DNA from: Heterodontus francisci
Taxonomy: Eukaryota
Assembly: GCF_036365525.1 (NCBI RefSeq)
Contig: NC_090384.1
Location: 50,599,192-50,663,191 of the forward strand
Direction: 5' to 3'
DNA length: 64,000 nt
The translations under genes were made by a program, and so were the position numbers. This document shows positions 45,418 through 58,858 of the stretch, in pieces (the stretch's first letter is position 1; every line of letters begins with the position of its first letter). The notes under the pieces were generated by a model that was not told the origin of the DNA, ran no database searches, and saw only the letters and a list, made by a program, of their open reading frames with translations.

Positions 45418-48400
45418 GAGCTGGATTTAATGGGCCCCCTGAGGCGAGGCCGGAGGCGGGGGGTGGGGGGAGGGGGACACAGAGAATTGCGACGGGTAGG
45501 TGGGGAGGAGCAGAGGGCCCATCGCCTCCCTGTCACCAAGCAATCTTACTGGGGATGGGGTAAGCCGTCGACGGCCTTCCCATACAGAGGCCAATTCAGG
45601 CCCCTGAGTGGCCTATTAATGGCCAATTAAGAGCCTCTCCCCACCATCGCTGGGATCTTATCAGCCACGTGGGGGTGCCTCCACCATGCGGGCAGAGCGC
45701 CTTGTAAAATAAACATAGGAGCAGGAGTAGGCCATTCAGCCCATTGAGCCTGCTCCACCATTCAATATGATCATGGTTGTTCATCCACTTCAATGCCTTT
45801 TTCCTCAAACTATCCCCATATCCCTTTATGTCATTGGTATTTTGAAATCTGTCAATCTCTACTTTAAACATACTCAATGACTGAGATTTTACAGCCCTCT
45901 GGGGTAGAGAATTCCAAAGATTCACAACCCTCTGGGTAAAGAAATTTCTCCTCATCTCTGTCCTAAGTGGCTTCCTCCTTATTTTGAAATCGTGTCCCCT
46001 GGTTCTAGACTCCCCAACCAGGGGAAACATCTTAACTGCATCTACCCTGTCTATCCCTTTAAGTTTTTTGTAGGTTTCAATGAGATCACCTCTCATTCTT
46101 CGAAACTCTAGAGAATACAGGCCCAGTTTCCCCAATCTCTCTTCATAGGACAGTCCCGCCATCCCGGGAACAAGTCTGGTGAACCTTCCTTGCACTCCCT
46201 CTATGACAATAATATCCTTCCTAAGGTAAGGGGACCAAAATGGCACACAGTACTCCAGGTGTGGCCTAACTAAGGTTCCATACAATTGAAGCAAAACTTC
46301 ACTACTCCTGTACTCAAATCCTCTTGCAATAAAGGCTAACATACCATTAGCCTTCCTAATTGCTTGCTGTACCAGCATGTTAGCTTTCAGTGACTTATTG
46401 ACAAGGACACCCAGGTCCCTTTGTACATCTACACTTTCTAATCTCTTACCATTTAAGAAATACTCTGCACATCTATTCCTCCTACCAAAGTGGATAACCT
46501 CACATTTTCCACATTATATTCCATCTGCCATGTTCTTGCCCACTCACTAAGTTTGTCCAAATCCTCTTGAAGCCACTTTGCATTTTCCTCACAACACACA
46601 TTCCCACCTAGTTTTGTGCCATCCGCGAACTTGGAAATATTACATTTGGTCCCCACATCCAAATCATTGATATATATTGTGAACAGCTGGGGCACAAGTA
46701 CTGATCCCTGCGGTACCCCACTAGTCACAGCCCGCCAATGACCTGTTTATTCCTACTCTCTGTTTTCTGCCTGTTAACCAATCCTGAATCCATGCCGGTA
46801 TATTACCTCCTATCCCATGTGCTTTAATTTTGCTAACCAACCTCCTGTGGGGGACTTTATCAAAAGGCTTCTGAAAATCCAAGAATACTACATCCACCGA
46901 CTCCCCTTTATCAATTCTGTTAGTAACATCCTCAAAACATTCCAACATGTTCATCAAATATGATTTCCCATTCATAAATCCATGTTGACTATGCTCAATC
47001 AGATCATTATTATCCAACTGTCCATTTATCACATCCTTCAGAATAGATTCTAACATTTTCCCCACTACTGATATAAGGCTAATAGGTCTGTCATTCCCTG
47101 TTTTCTCTCTCACTCCCTTCTCAAATAGTGGGGTGACATTTGCGACCTTCCAATCTGCAGGAACCATTCCAGAATCTATAGAATTTTGGAAGATGATCAC
47201 CAATGCATCCACTATCTCCATAGCTACCTCTTTCAACACTCCAGGATGTAGAATATCAGAGCCTGGGGATTTATCAACCTTCAGCCCCATTAATTTCTCC
47301 AATACAACTTTCTTACTAATACTAATTTCCTTCAATTCCTCATTTTCCCTAAACCCTTGGATCTCTAATTCTGGGAGATTTCTTGTATCTTCCTCAGTAA
47401 GGACAGACACAAGTTAATCATTTGGTTTCTCTGCCATTTCTCTATTCCCCATTATAAATCCTCCTGACTCTGCCTGTCATGGACCCACATTGTCTTAGCC
47501 AAACATTTCCTTTTCACGTACCTGTAGAAGCTTTTACAGTCCGTTTTTATGTTTTTTGCTAGCTTATATTCATATTCTATTATCCCTTTCTTTATCAGTT
47601 TCTTGGTCCTCCTTTGTGTATTCTAAAATTCTCCCAGTCCTCTGGTTTACTACTATTTCTGCTCTACTATTTTTAATCTTATACAATCCTTCACTTCCTT
47701 TGTCAACCACGGTTGACTGTCTTTACTTTTAGGGTTTTTGTGCCTCAAAGGAATGTATAGTTGCTGTAAACTATGCAATAATTCTTTAAAGACTATCCAT
47801 TATCTATGCACTGTCATACTTTTTAATGTATTTTCCCATTCCACCTCAGCCAATTTGCCCCTCATACCTTCATAATTTCCTTTGTTAAATTTAACACCCT
47901 GTTTCAGATTGAACTATCTCACTTACAAACATAATGTAAAATTCTATCATGTTATGGTCACTCAACCCCAAAGGTTTGTTTACAAGAAGATTATTAATTA
48001 GCCTTTTCTCATTACATAGTACTGGATCTAAAATAGCCTGTTCTCTAGTTGGTTCCTCTGCATATTGCTCTAGAAAACCATACCTAACACAGTCCAGAAA
48101 CTCGTCCTCCACAGCATTAGTGCTCATTCGGTTTACCCAGTCAATGTCCAGATTAAAGTCACCCATAATTACTGTATTACCCAGGCCACATGCTTCTCTA
48201 ATCTCCTGATCAATACCATGCCCTTCACTACCACTACTGTTTGGTGGCCTATAAATAACTGCTACCAATGTTTGCTGCCCCTTGCTGATTCTTAGCTCCA
48301 CTAAACAGATTCCACATTTTGTTCTTCTGATCTGAGATCCTCCCTTACTAGTGTACTGATCCCATCCCTTATTATCAGCGCAACATCACCTCCTTTTCCT

Positions 48401-50615
48401 TTTTTTCTGCCCTTCCTAAATATTGAATATCCTTGAATATTCAGTTCCCAGTCTTGGTCACCCTGTAGCCACATTTCTGTTATGGCAATTAGATCATACC
48501 CATTTGTGCCTTCAAATCATCTACCTTGTTTTGAATTCTGCATGCATTCAGGTAGAGTGCCCTTAACTTTGTCTTTTTGACATTATTCTGCATTCTAAAC
48601 TTAGTTGATGCTTGACTTTGTTTTGCTTGCCTTCTAATATTGCTTGCTACTTTTCTACCTCCTGTTACCAGTTTTATTTCCTTCCAATCTGAGCTGCCCC
48701 TCAGGTTCCCATCCCCCTGACAAGCTAGTTTAAATCCTCCCCAAAACATTAGCAAATCTCCCTGCAAAGATATTAGTTCCAGTCCTGTTAAGGTGTAGCC
48801 CGTCCATCTTGTACAGGTCCCACCTGCCCAAGAACTGGTCCCAATGCCTCAGAAATCTGATGCCCTCCCTCCTACACCAATTCTCCAGCCATGTGGTCAG
48901 TCAATCATTTCTCCTATTCCTATGCTCACTAGCATGTGGCACTGAGAGTAATCCTGAGATTATTGCTCTTGAGGTTCTGCATTTTAATTTCCTTTCTAAC
49001 TCCCTAAAATCTGCTTTCAGGACCTTATCCCTCTTCCTACCTATGTCATTGGTACCAATGTGAACCACAATCTCTGGTTGTTCACCCTACCCCAGAAGGA
49101 TGTCCTGCAGCCGGCCTGTGACATCCTTGATCCTGGGAGGGCAACACACCATCCTGGAGTCACGTCTACTGCAGCAAAAATACCTGTCTGATCCCCTGAC
49201 TTATTGAATCCTCTATCACTATTGCTCTTCCACTTTTCTTCCTTCTCTCCTGTGCAAGTGAGCCACCAGTGGTTTTGCTCTGGCTGCACTTGCCTAAGCA
49301 ACCATCGCCCTTACCAGTATCCAAAATGGCAAACCGATTAGCAAGCAAGATAGACTCAGGGGACTCTTGCACTGCTTGCCTGCTTCTCTTAGACTGCCTG
49401 GTGGTCACCCATTCCCTCTCTGCCTGCATGGTGCTAACCTGCGGTGTGCCCACCTTCCTAAACATGCTATCCACATAGTCCTCTGCCTCGCGAATGCACA
49501 ACAGTGACTCCAGCCGCCGTTCGAGTTCTGCAACCCGGAGCTCAAGGTTCTGCAGCTGGTGAAACTTCCTGCAGATGTGTTTGTCTAGGACATGTGGTGC
49601 ATCCGTGATTTCCCACATACCGCAGGATGAATATTCCATTTAGCCGAGCTGACCTGCCATACTGTAACTTTAAAAACTATTTATTACAATTAGATGTAGA
49701 ATAACTTACCAGTTACTCACCAATCAGCTTCTTCCCCTGTACTGAAGAGAAAGGCAGCTACTGGAGGCTGAAAATGGTAGAAAAAGAAAGAAAGGGGTCC
49801 CTCTGTCTCTGAACTCCCTCACGCACCAAGTTTCCAGTTAACACTCTGTGCCTCCAGCAGCACTGAGAGTCCCCTGAATTTATGCTCCTTATAAACAATG
49901 CTGCTAGAGTTCGGAAACCAGTTTAAGTTAGCTACCTAATTAGCTAGCTGCAGCTACTCTCAGAGAGCTTGTATACCCCTGTTTAAAAGTGTAAGAAACT
50001 TAACTTACCTCTTAACTTATACAGTAATTTCATTTAGTTGCTAAATGTAAACAAAACAAAAACTAAACATCAGAGAGATTAACCCTTAAAATCCATTCAC
50101 TTAGCAAACTCCCTTCTTCACACTCTGTGCCCTTCAGCAACACTCAGTGTATTTGTACATGGGATGTGAGCGTCGCTGGCAAGACCAGCATTTATTGCCC
50201 TCCCTGCGGGCTTGGGGGTGTGGATCTCTCCTCCGCATGCAATCTGTGGCCCAAGGAGGACCCCTGACGAGACTGACTTCACCTCCCGGGATCCACTTCC
50301 TCCTGGAATGCACAATCACACCTCGGCTCCTTTGCTGGGGCCTGCGGACTGGCCCTGGTGGCCTGACCATTCCTACCTCTGGTCCGGGGTTCCAGCGCAG
50401 GCCTGGGTTCAAGGCCTTTGCAGTACTGGCAGTGGCCACCACTCCCTCTAATTGGCCGGCAGCTCATGGAGGCGGGATCAGGAATCCTGGTTCGTGAAAC
50501 TTTAATGTAAAAAGACCAGAGGATCTTTCCGGGGAGTGCAGGAAAAGTGAGGTGGGGATCCCCTGTCTTTTCGATCTGGCGCCGGGAGCCCTGCCTCCTA
50601 CACAAAATCCAGCCC
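45418..50615. mobile_element. Harbinger-type MITE split by a CR1 (arms 45418-45710 and 50200-50615)
   Basis: Ends GAGCTGGATTT / AAATCCAGCCC; TSD ATA (45415-45417, 50616-50618). Confidence 0.72.
45712..50145 (-). mobile_element. Near full-length CR1 LINE (5'UTR, ORF1 coiled-coil plus esterase, ORF2 APE-RT, 3' tail), disrupted
   Basis: ORF1 49166-49639 (SSCGMWE, LELRVAELERRL, AIVIEDS); APE 47891-48301 (YRPP, GDFN, SDH); RT 46721-47410, 46453-46728, 45596-46378. Confidence 0.92.
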
Positions 50616-50727
50616 ATAATGTGGGTTGACCCTCCTTTACAGTACGGAGGGAGTGCTGTATTGTAGAAAACATTGTCCTTTCGATGAGATGTTAAATTGA
50701 TTCTTTTTGAGTTGTTCAAGTGGACAT

Positions 50728-51030
50728 TTATATTGTTTGTTTATGGGATGTGAGCATCGCTGGCAAGACCAGCATTTATTGCCCATCCCTAATTGCCCTT
50801 GAGAAGGCCATGGTAAGCTACCTTCTTGAACCGCTGCAGTCCGTGTGGTGTAGGTACACCCACAGTGCTGTTAGGTAGAGAGTTCCAGGCTTTTGACTCA
50901 GTGGTGATGAAGGAACAATGATACATGTCCAACTCAGGTTGGTGTGTGACTTGGAGGGGAACTTGCAGATGGTGGTGTTCCTATGCTTCTGCTGCCCTTG
51001 TCCTTTTAGGTGCTGGAGGTTGTGGACTTG
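50728..51030 (-). mobile_element. LINE family B 3' end
   Basis: Reverse complement of 37740-37900 plus family tail; a second short tail piece at 50150-50200. Confidence 0.8.
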
Positions 51031-53140
51031 GAAAGTACTTTTCAGATTCGCTATTCAAAAAAGAGTAGGGAATTCTCATGGTATCTTGGCCAACGTTCTT
51101 CCCTCAACTAACAATTTGCTGTTCGTGGGATCTCACCGTGCATAACATGGTGCTTACATAGCAACAATCATTACTGTAAAGTAGTTCATTCTATGTAAAG
51201 AGTTTTGAAACATTTCTAAAAACTGACTAAGTAAATGCAAGCCTTTATTTCTTTCTTGTGGCTGTGCAGTGAAATGATTCTGTGGAGTGGTAGAAGATTG
51301 AAAGGTGTTGGTCTGAAGCTGATCCATTGATCACATTTAATGAAAATGTCCTACTCTAATACTGTTGATATTAGCTGATAAGAACATGGCTACTTGGTAC
51401 AATTTTTTAATGGGGATGATTTCTCAGGCATTAGTTGATTGTACTATTCTTAAAACAGAAATAATGAGTTTTGCCTGACATAATGGTTTCATTTTCATTA
51501 TGGTGCCCAGATTAACTTTCTTCAACTGCACCTGAAATCAGACTAATTAGTGCAAAGTCATTATATTGAAGTATTAGTTTGACAAATATAATGTCTGCAA
51601 ACTGTACTATTTTCAAATTTTCACTGATTAAAATTTGGCTGTTGGAATATTTAAATTGAGAACTTTTTGCGATAGAACTCAATGACTACATTTGAATGAT
51701 CCAATAGTTTGGATTAATAGATTGAAAATAAGAATACAGAGGAACACAGGTCTCATGACAAAGCCATGTGATTGTACTTAGTTTCATTCCTAAATGGTTT
51801 TTGGCACAAACAAAAGAAGTGAACAGTAATCAGAAAAGTTTTGGGGTCTCTGAAAAAAACACTTCAAATTAAAATTTATTCCATTGCAAAGTTAGAATGA
51901 AGTTTCAATATTTGTTTAAAAAATGTACTTGATTAGAATGGTCCTAGATTTGATTCTTGCTCGGGATAGTCATTTTCCTGCTCTGACTGCTCAGATGTTT
52001 TTGTCCTCTGGGTTTTGGAGCCTGTGAGGACTCCACCAATGACTGCCCCACAAGTACCTATACAGAGGCAGACTTAGCCATTTGGACAGGCAGCAGCATG
52101 TAGGGAGGAGGGCCAGAATTTAATGTTGAGGCGGTGAGCCCAACAACTGGCTGAAAAGTTGGGGACGAGTTCACCTCTGCCAGGCCAGGAAGCCACGCTG
52201 CAATTTTGCATGGCCCAGGCCCTTAATTGGCCTCGGTCGGGACTTCCACCACCTTGAGACAGGAAGTCCCACCTCCAAGTGCTGCCAATCAATCAGAGGG
52301 CTGGCAGCTCTTCAGTCCCAGCAGCAACACTAGGAGCAGTGGGCACTGCTGGGACTGCAACCAGCAAGAAGAGGAACGATGGACATCACCCTTCAAAGAG
52401 GTAAGTGGGAGTCAGGCCTCGTCGAGGACAATTGCCTAGGGAGTGGTGAGCGGGGTGGGGGGGGGGCGAGTGGGTTGGAGAGCAGGACAAGGGGGGTAAT
52501 TTGGGGGGTGGGGAGTAGGTCTGTGCTGCTGGAAGGGCCCTTCATGGGACACAGGGTGCCCGATCAGGAGGACCAACCCCCAGCCTGCAAGGAGGCTGCC
52601 AGGTATTACTAAGTGGCCTTCTTAGGTGCTGAAGTCCCCATCCGCAACTGGTAAAATAGTAGCGGGGGTGGGTAGATGACAGGCACTGTATCACCTGCCA
52701 CCCACATGATTTTATGCCCCCCTGCCTCCTAGCACACTCCCAGGGATGGTTGGGGATTGTTAGATTCCAGCTGAGAAGCGGGAGCACTTTGAGAAAAGTC
52801 CCCACTTCCAGGCACTCTTTCTTCATCTTCCATCTCATGGCCCACCCACACTTCCCTGGTAGCCAGGAGCTGGAGACCAGTTTGTTGTACTTCACTGGGG
52901 CACTGAACAGCCATTGATGAAAACCGGCACGCACTGAGTTTCCTGCCACTTCTGATGCTTCTTGCAGGTGGCCACCCTTTCCATGGACATAGACATTAGT
53001 GCAAAGACCTGTGTTACGAGTGCTTCTATATTTTTAAGCATTTTTTGAGGATTCATGTATTTTAGAGCTGGACATTGACTTATTTTGGGAAAACTGTAAA
53101 GACTCCATGGATGGGTTTTTATCAGGGTCATTGAGAGGTC

Positions 53141-53488
53141 GGGCGGCACAGTGGCGCAGTGGTTAGCACCGCAGCGTCACAGCTCCAGCGACCCGGGTTC
53201 TATTCTGGGTACTGCCTGTGTGGAGTTTGCAAGTTCTCCCCGTGTCTGCGTGGGTTTTCTCCGGGTGCTCCGGTTTCCTCCCACATGCCAAAGACTTGCA
53301 GGTTGATAGGTAAATTGGCCATTATAAATTGCCCCGAGTATAGGTAGGTGGTCGGGAAATATAGGGACAGGTGGGGATGTGGTAGGAATATGGAATTAGT
53401 GTAGGATTAGTATAAATGGGTGGTTGATGGTCAGCACAGACCCGGTGGGCCGAAGGGCCTGTTTCAGTGCTGCATCTCAAAAACTAAA
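53141..53488 (+). mobile_element. HE1-like V-SINE, full length
   Basis: A-box TGGCGCAGTGG, B-box GGTTCTATTC, V-domain-like gcgtgggttttctccgggtgctccggtttcctcccaca, CR1-like tail gggccgaagggcctgtttcagtgctg; TSD AGGTC. Confidence 0.85.
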
Positions 53489-54083
53489 AGGTCTGGCTTT
53501 GAAAACAAACAATCACTGGAAGGATCTTTCAAATAATTACCCAGCAGGACTTGTTTTTGACTTGGAGAAAGATGTTTTCAGAGAAGTGACAGCTCAAGAT
53601 TTATAGGGGTCAGGGGGCTTGTGTCATGTGACAATGTTTATGGTTCCGTTTTGGACTGTGAGTTGGGATATGGACAATGATTAAAAAAGACAGTTGGAGA
53701 AAACTTGCCAAGAACAAACCACCTCAACTCAGTCTGTTCCAGCTGTTTGAAAAAGCCTGCTTGTTATCCATCTCTCGAGAAGCTGAGGAACAAGTGTAAG
53801 AAGCAGACTGAAGCTATTGCTGCATTTCTGCTGTAAGGCCTGTCTGAAACCTCTGTTGCTGCATTTCCTGGAAAGCCTACACAAACTGATTTTCAACGTC
53901 ATCTAAAAAGTATTGTTCCAGGGAGATCCCAGTGACAGCCGTCTATACACATGCCAAACCAAAACAAAGGACATCACTTCATATCTTCTTTTTTTCCTTC
54001 TTCAAGAATTGGCAAGAACTTAGCCCAAGTGTTTTTTTCTCTGTTTTTCTTTGTAATAGAGCTCTAAAACGAAAATCCCTTTA

Positions 54084-54229
54084 NNNNNNNNNNNNNNNNN
54101 NNNNNNNNNNNNNNNNNNNNNNNNNNNNNNNNNNNNNNNNNNNNNNNNNNNNNNNNNNNNNNNNNNNNNNNNNNNNNNNNNNNNNNNNNNNNNNNNNNNN
54201 NNNNNNNNNNNNNNNNNNNNNNNNNNNNN
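54084..54229. other. Assembly gap (146 N)
   Basis: Run of N. Confidence 1.
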
Positions 54230-57200
54230 TTATATTTTGATCTGTGTGTTTATGCTTTGCTTCATTACCGGTTAAGACTAGTTTTATAATAAACTGATAA
54301 TTTTGTTGTTTAGTAAAGAAACCTGGTTGGTGTGTTTTATTCTGGGATAAAAATAGTCAATGACTGACCATTTCGTTAAGTGCAAAACAATTTAAATATA
54401 TGTTGTGACCTGTGGAGAAGTGGAACTAAAATAAACTGTGCACTCCTCCCGCCTCAGTCGTAACACCTGCAACATCACGGCACCCCATGTTGGAGATTGG
54501 CTCCTTCAATCTCTCTCCAATCATGCACAATGCCTCTAGAAATGTTGTCAGGACCTCACACATTTCCTGCTGCTGCTCCAGATCAGTCCTCTTCTCTCTT
54601 CATTGATGATCTCCAAGGCCCAGCAACCTCAGTGTCCAGCTGAGCAGAGCTTAAAGGCTCCCACACCCAGTGATGGAAACTCTCCACTGCTATACTTGTC
54701 GTCAACACATTCTCATGCTCACTTGTGATGTGTGCTTCATCATGTAACAAACCACCCCAGCTCCTCTGAGGTGCATATACCTGAGCTGGTGGAAGGTCTG
54801 CATGAGTTCTGTGATGGTGCATCAGCAGAGTGAGTGACCTCCTCTGAGGAGTTTTCGTCCTCCTCCAACACCAGCTCCTGAGGGAACTTGTAGGACTTGT
54901 TGGCGATGCAGGGCATGAATTAGAACTGACAAGGTGAAAGGGTACTAAGTCATCATTGTGCCGATCATCATATTTCAGTGTCTGCTGACATCAAGTCAAG
55001 AGGATTGAATGTTGTATGCCATGTGGCTGTTATATTTAATTCTGTCACCAATTAGAAGGAGACCCTCATCCCACCAGTGCCTATGGCCAGGCATGCTGAG
55101 ATCTGCCTTATCTCCAGAACTACCTCGGCAGCTGTCAAAGTGAAGATGACTGGAGGGCCAGTTCTGGCTCTCTGCCTTTCCCTGGTGCTCTGTGCTGTTT
55201 TTTCCTGCAGGAGAGAATCAAAAGACCTATGAGTGTGAGGTGTAGAATGTTTTGAGAGGATGGAAGCAGAACACTTGTGGTGGGTGACTATGAGGGATGG
55301 GTGTGACATTGCTATGTGGGTGAGTGTCAGTGATGGCTGGTCAGTTGGGGAATGTGAAGAGATGCAGCGATAGAGATGGATGGGTGCGTTGGTCTGAGAG
55401 GAGTGATGTGCAGGAGAAGGCTGGAGAAGGGAGAGTGAAGTGATTTGAATTTGAATGTCACATGTTAATCTGCTTCCTTTGTCCTGATCAGAGTATTGAA
55501 TCTCTTGCGGCACTGTATCCAGGAGTGAGGCACATACTCTTCCTGCTGACCTCCCCTCCCACTTCCAGCCACACCTGCTTGTTTTATGAGGTTGCCTTCC
55601 TTCCCCTGTCTACAGGGAACAGAATCTCTCGGCAGGCCCTTACAGTCTGCTATATTATCTCTGGAGATGCATCGGAGAAGCCTTTCCATGTTGAGCCTCC
55701 GTTTGTGTAGTTTTTGGGTCTGTCAGAACACATTTACCATCCTTCAGTTCTGACCCTTGCAGGGTCCCTTTAAATAGTGGAGCTGAAAGAGATTGTTGCA
55801 GGTTGTTATTACTCCCGCTCACTGTGATTGGTTGGGAAACACAAAAGTCTGATGCAAATACAGTGGCTGTGTTTAAAAGCCTCTGACAAACGCGCTGCTG
55901 AATCTTTCATATTCTCTTCACATTGCTGGCCTCCTCTACAGCAAGTGGGTGTGATAGTTAAAATTCAGCCCACTGTGTTTGGCCAGAGTTTTTTGTTGTT
56001 CTTAGATTGACTAGTTGGCTATGTGTATGTTGAAATCAATTATAGATCCTTCTGGCCTGAAGGAGACATTGCAGAGTAGATTTTCTTCAGAACTGCTTTG
56101 TCTATAAGCTGGATGGAAGGATTGCAAACCCCTCATAGAACCTGCCTAATTTTCATTCCAATAATTTCAAAGAATGAAAATCAGGTTGGTTTTATAAAAG
56201 GTGGGTTAGATTATTGCTCAGGTGAAGGTGAAAATCTACCCAAATGGGCCGTCATTTCAGAGGTGACTTCGCCAAAGAACTTCAAGAGCTTTACCTACAC
56301 CTAGATTTAGAGCACCCATTCTGAGGATCTAAGGTGGTTGCCAATATCACATCCCATCACCATTTCACAGAGAGCAAGATTGTGTTCATATCGAGACTCA
56401 GTTTTTTTCAAAAATAGGTTTCCATTGCATAAAAACATTTTGGTATGAAATGCTGTCGCAAAATTTTCTGTTCAACCCGAAACTGTTTGAATATAATTGC
56501 AAATGTTATTAACACAATGGAGTTACTCAAAGGTGGGTGTTTTTGTCTGCCCCAGTGATTACCAGATTGAGTTCATGAAGCAAACAATGTTCATTCTCAT
56601 CGTTAACATCCTCCATGACCTTCACGAGGTGTGAGCCATCGCCAGTCACTCTCATACCAACAAAATTATTAATAGCACTTGTCAAAGTGCTCCTGAATAA
56701 ACTGGACAATATTGGTTCGCTCCCTGTCTTGCAAATATATAGCAGGGCTAGACCAAAAGAATGATCATTGGTATGAAGCGTGAAAGTGACCCAGTGTGCA
56801 GTTAAATTCAGAGGTGCATGCAATGCCAAGCTGCTTTATATGTCAGGTGTGAAATGAATTACACTAATGCTTTCCTCATGAGGGACATAACCTTTCCTTT
56901 TACAGATAAATGGATATTGAGAATATCTGGATGTGAGAAAGGAAATGGTAAGGGATAGTACATCTTGGTTAAAAAAGAAGCATCATAATCTTTTGAAGTC
57001 TTAATTTTTAATAACAGAATATGGCTCCAGATCCGGTGTAATTAGTTAACTTATCAGTTGTGCTTTCTGTACAGACGGATTATAATTTTGTAAGATATTT
57101 CCTGGTTTCCAATGTGCAATAGCTAATTAATTAAATTTGCCTTCCTTTTTCAAGCATGTTGGTGGCATGTCTGGAGAAGGGTTGGACAGAACGTAGTGAA

Positions 57201-57303
57201 ATAAATAAAAGCAAAATACTGCGGATGCTGGAAATCTGAAATAAAAACAAGAAATGCTGGAACCACTCAGCAGGTCTGGCAGCATCTGTGGAAAGAGAAG
57301 CAG

Positions 57304-57340
57304 AGTTAACGTTTCGGGTCAGTGACCCTTCTTCAGAACT
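57304..57340 (-). ncRNA. Minimal type-I hammerhead ribozyme motif, canonical core
   Basis: AGTT-CTGAAGA-A-GGGTC-act-GACCC-GAAAC-GTT^AACT; palindromic ACGT stem III. Confidence 0.75.
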
Positions 57341-57748
57341 GACAAATATTAGTAAAGTCACAGGTTATAAGCAAGTGAGGTGGGGGTGGGGCAAGAGATA
57401 ACAAAGGAGGTCTAGATTGGACCAGGCCACATAGCTGACCAAAAGGTCACGGAGCAAAGGCAAACAATATGTTAATGGTGTGTTGAAAGACAAAGCATTA
57501 GTATAGATTAGGTGTTAATACATTGAATATTGAACAGCAGCAAGTGCAAACCTGAAAAAAAACAGTGTGTAAGCAAACTGAACTAACTAAGATGAAATGA
57601 AATAAATGCAAAAAAAAGATAGTAAAAAATGTAAAAAAGAATGTAAAAAAAAAGGAAGAAAAAATAACTAAAAATGAAAGTAAAATGGGGGGCTGTCATG
57701 CTCTGAAATTATTGAACTCAATGTTCAGTCCGGCAGGCTGTAGTGTGC

Positions 57749-58858
57749 CTAATCGGTAAATGAGATGCTGTTCCTCGAGTTTGCGTTGATGTTCACTGGA
57801 ACACTGCAGCAATCCCAGGACAGAGATGTGAGCATGAGAGCAGGGGGAATGTTGAAATGGCAAGCAACCGGAAGCTCAGGGTCCTGCTTGCGGACTGAGC
57901 GGAGATGTTCCGCAAAGCGGTCACCCAGTCTGCGCTTGGTCTCCCCAATGTAGAGGAGACCACACTGTGAGCAGCGAATACAGTATACTACATTGAAAGA
58001 AGTACAAGTAAATTGCTGCTTCACCTGAAAGGAGTGTTTGGGGCCTGGGATAGTGAGGAGAGAGGAGGTAAATGGGCAGGTATTACACCTCCTGCGATTG
58101 CAGGGGAAGGTGCCATGGGACGGGGACGAGGTGGTGGGGGTAATGGAGGAGTGGACCAGGGTGTCGCGGAGGGAACAATCCCTTCGGAATGCTGACAGGG
58201 GAAGGGAGGGGAAGATGCGACTGGTAGTGGCATCACGCTGGAGGTGGCGGAAATGGCGGAGGATGATCCTTTGGATATGGAGGCTGGTGGGGTGAAAAGT
58301 GAGGACAAGGGGAACCCTGTCACGGTTCTGGGAGGGAGGGGAAGGGGTGAGGGTAGAGGTGCGGGGAATGGGCCGGACACGGTTGAGGGCCCTGTCAACC
58401 ACAGTGGGGGGAAATCCTCGGTTGAGGAAAAAGGAGGCCATATCAGAAGCACCGTCATGGAAGGTAGCATCATCAGAGCATATGCGTCGGAGACGGAGAA
58501 ACTGGGAGAATGGAATGGAGTCCTTACAGGAGGTAGGGTGTGAAGAAATGTAGTCGAGGTAGCTGTGGGAGTCGGTGGGCTTATAATGGATGTTAGTAGA
58601 CAACCTATCCCCAGAGATGGAGACAGAGAAGTCGAGGAAGGGAAGGGAAGTGTCAGAGATGGACCATGTAAAGGTGAGAGAAGGGTGGAAATTGGAAGCA
58701 AAGTTGATAAAGTTTTCCAGTTCGGGGCGGGAGCAGGAAACGGCACCGATACAGTCATCAATGTACCGGAAAAAGAGTTGGGGGAGGGGGCCTGAGTAGG
58801 ACTGGAACAAAGAATGCTCGACATATCCCACAAAAAGACAGGCATAACTAGGACCCAT
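57749..58858 (-). pseudogene. PLE RT plus GIY-YIG ORF segment, frameshifted at both ends
   Basis: RYIDD; near-identical to 38021-38929 but with a 1-nt deletion in the C-run near 57845 and a frameshift near 58860. Confidence 0.85.

Larger units (their letters stand above)
45331..51245 (+). mobile_element. Deu-domain SINE split by nested insertions (pieces 45331-45417, 50616-50727, 51040-51245)
   Basis: Head ends ggcttgaacatata; resumes after the MITE with cagtacggagggagtgctg..gatgagatgttaaattga; tail aaatgcaagcc. Confidence 0.6.
53012..54465 (+). mobile_element. Solo LTR (contains a SINE and an assembly gap)
   Basis: Perfect 8-bp terminal inverted repeat TGTTACGA...TCGTAACA; TSD CCTG (53008-53011, 54466-54469). 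Confidence 0.82.
52110..55971 (-). mobile_element. Decayed Harbinger-derived element: MITE-like left arm, Myb/SANT gene remnant, right TIR
   Basis: GGGCCAGAATTT at 52110 and AAAATTCAGCCC at 55960-55971; PHSWIQCRKRFNTLIR (55465-55689); LLQEKTAQSTRERQRARTGPP second exon-like block. Confidence 0.55.

Noticed and set aside
56527-56829. 100-aa ORF in unique sequence as a host gene
   Set aside because: No recognisable domain, non-ATG start, and no convincing splice pair.
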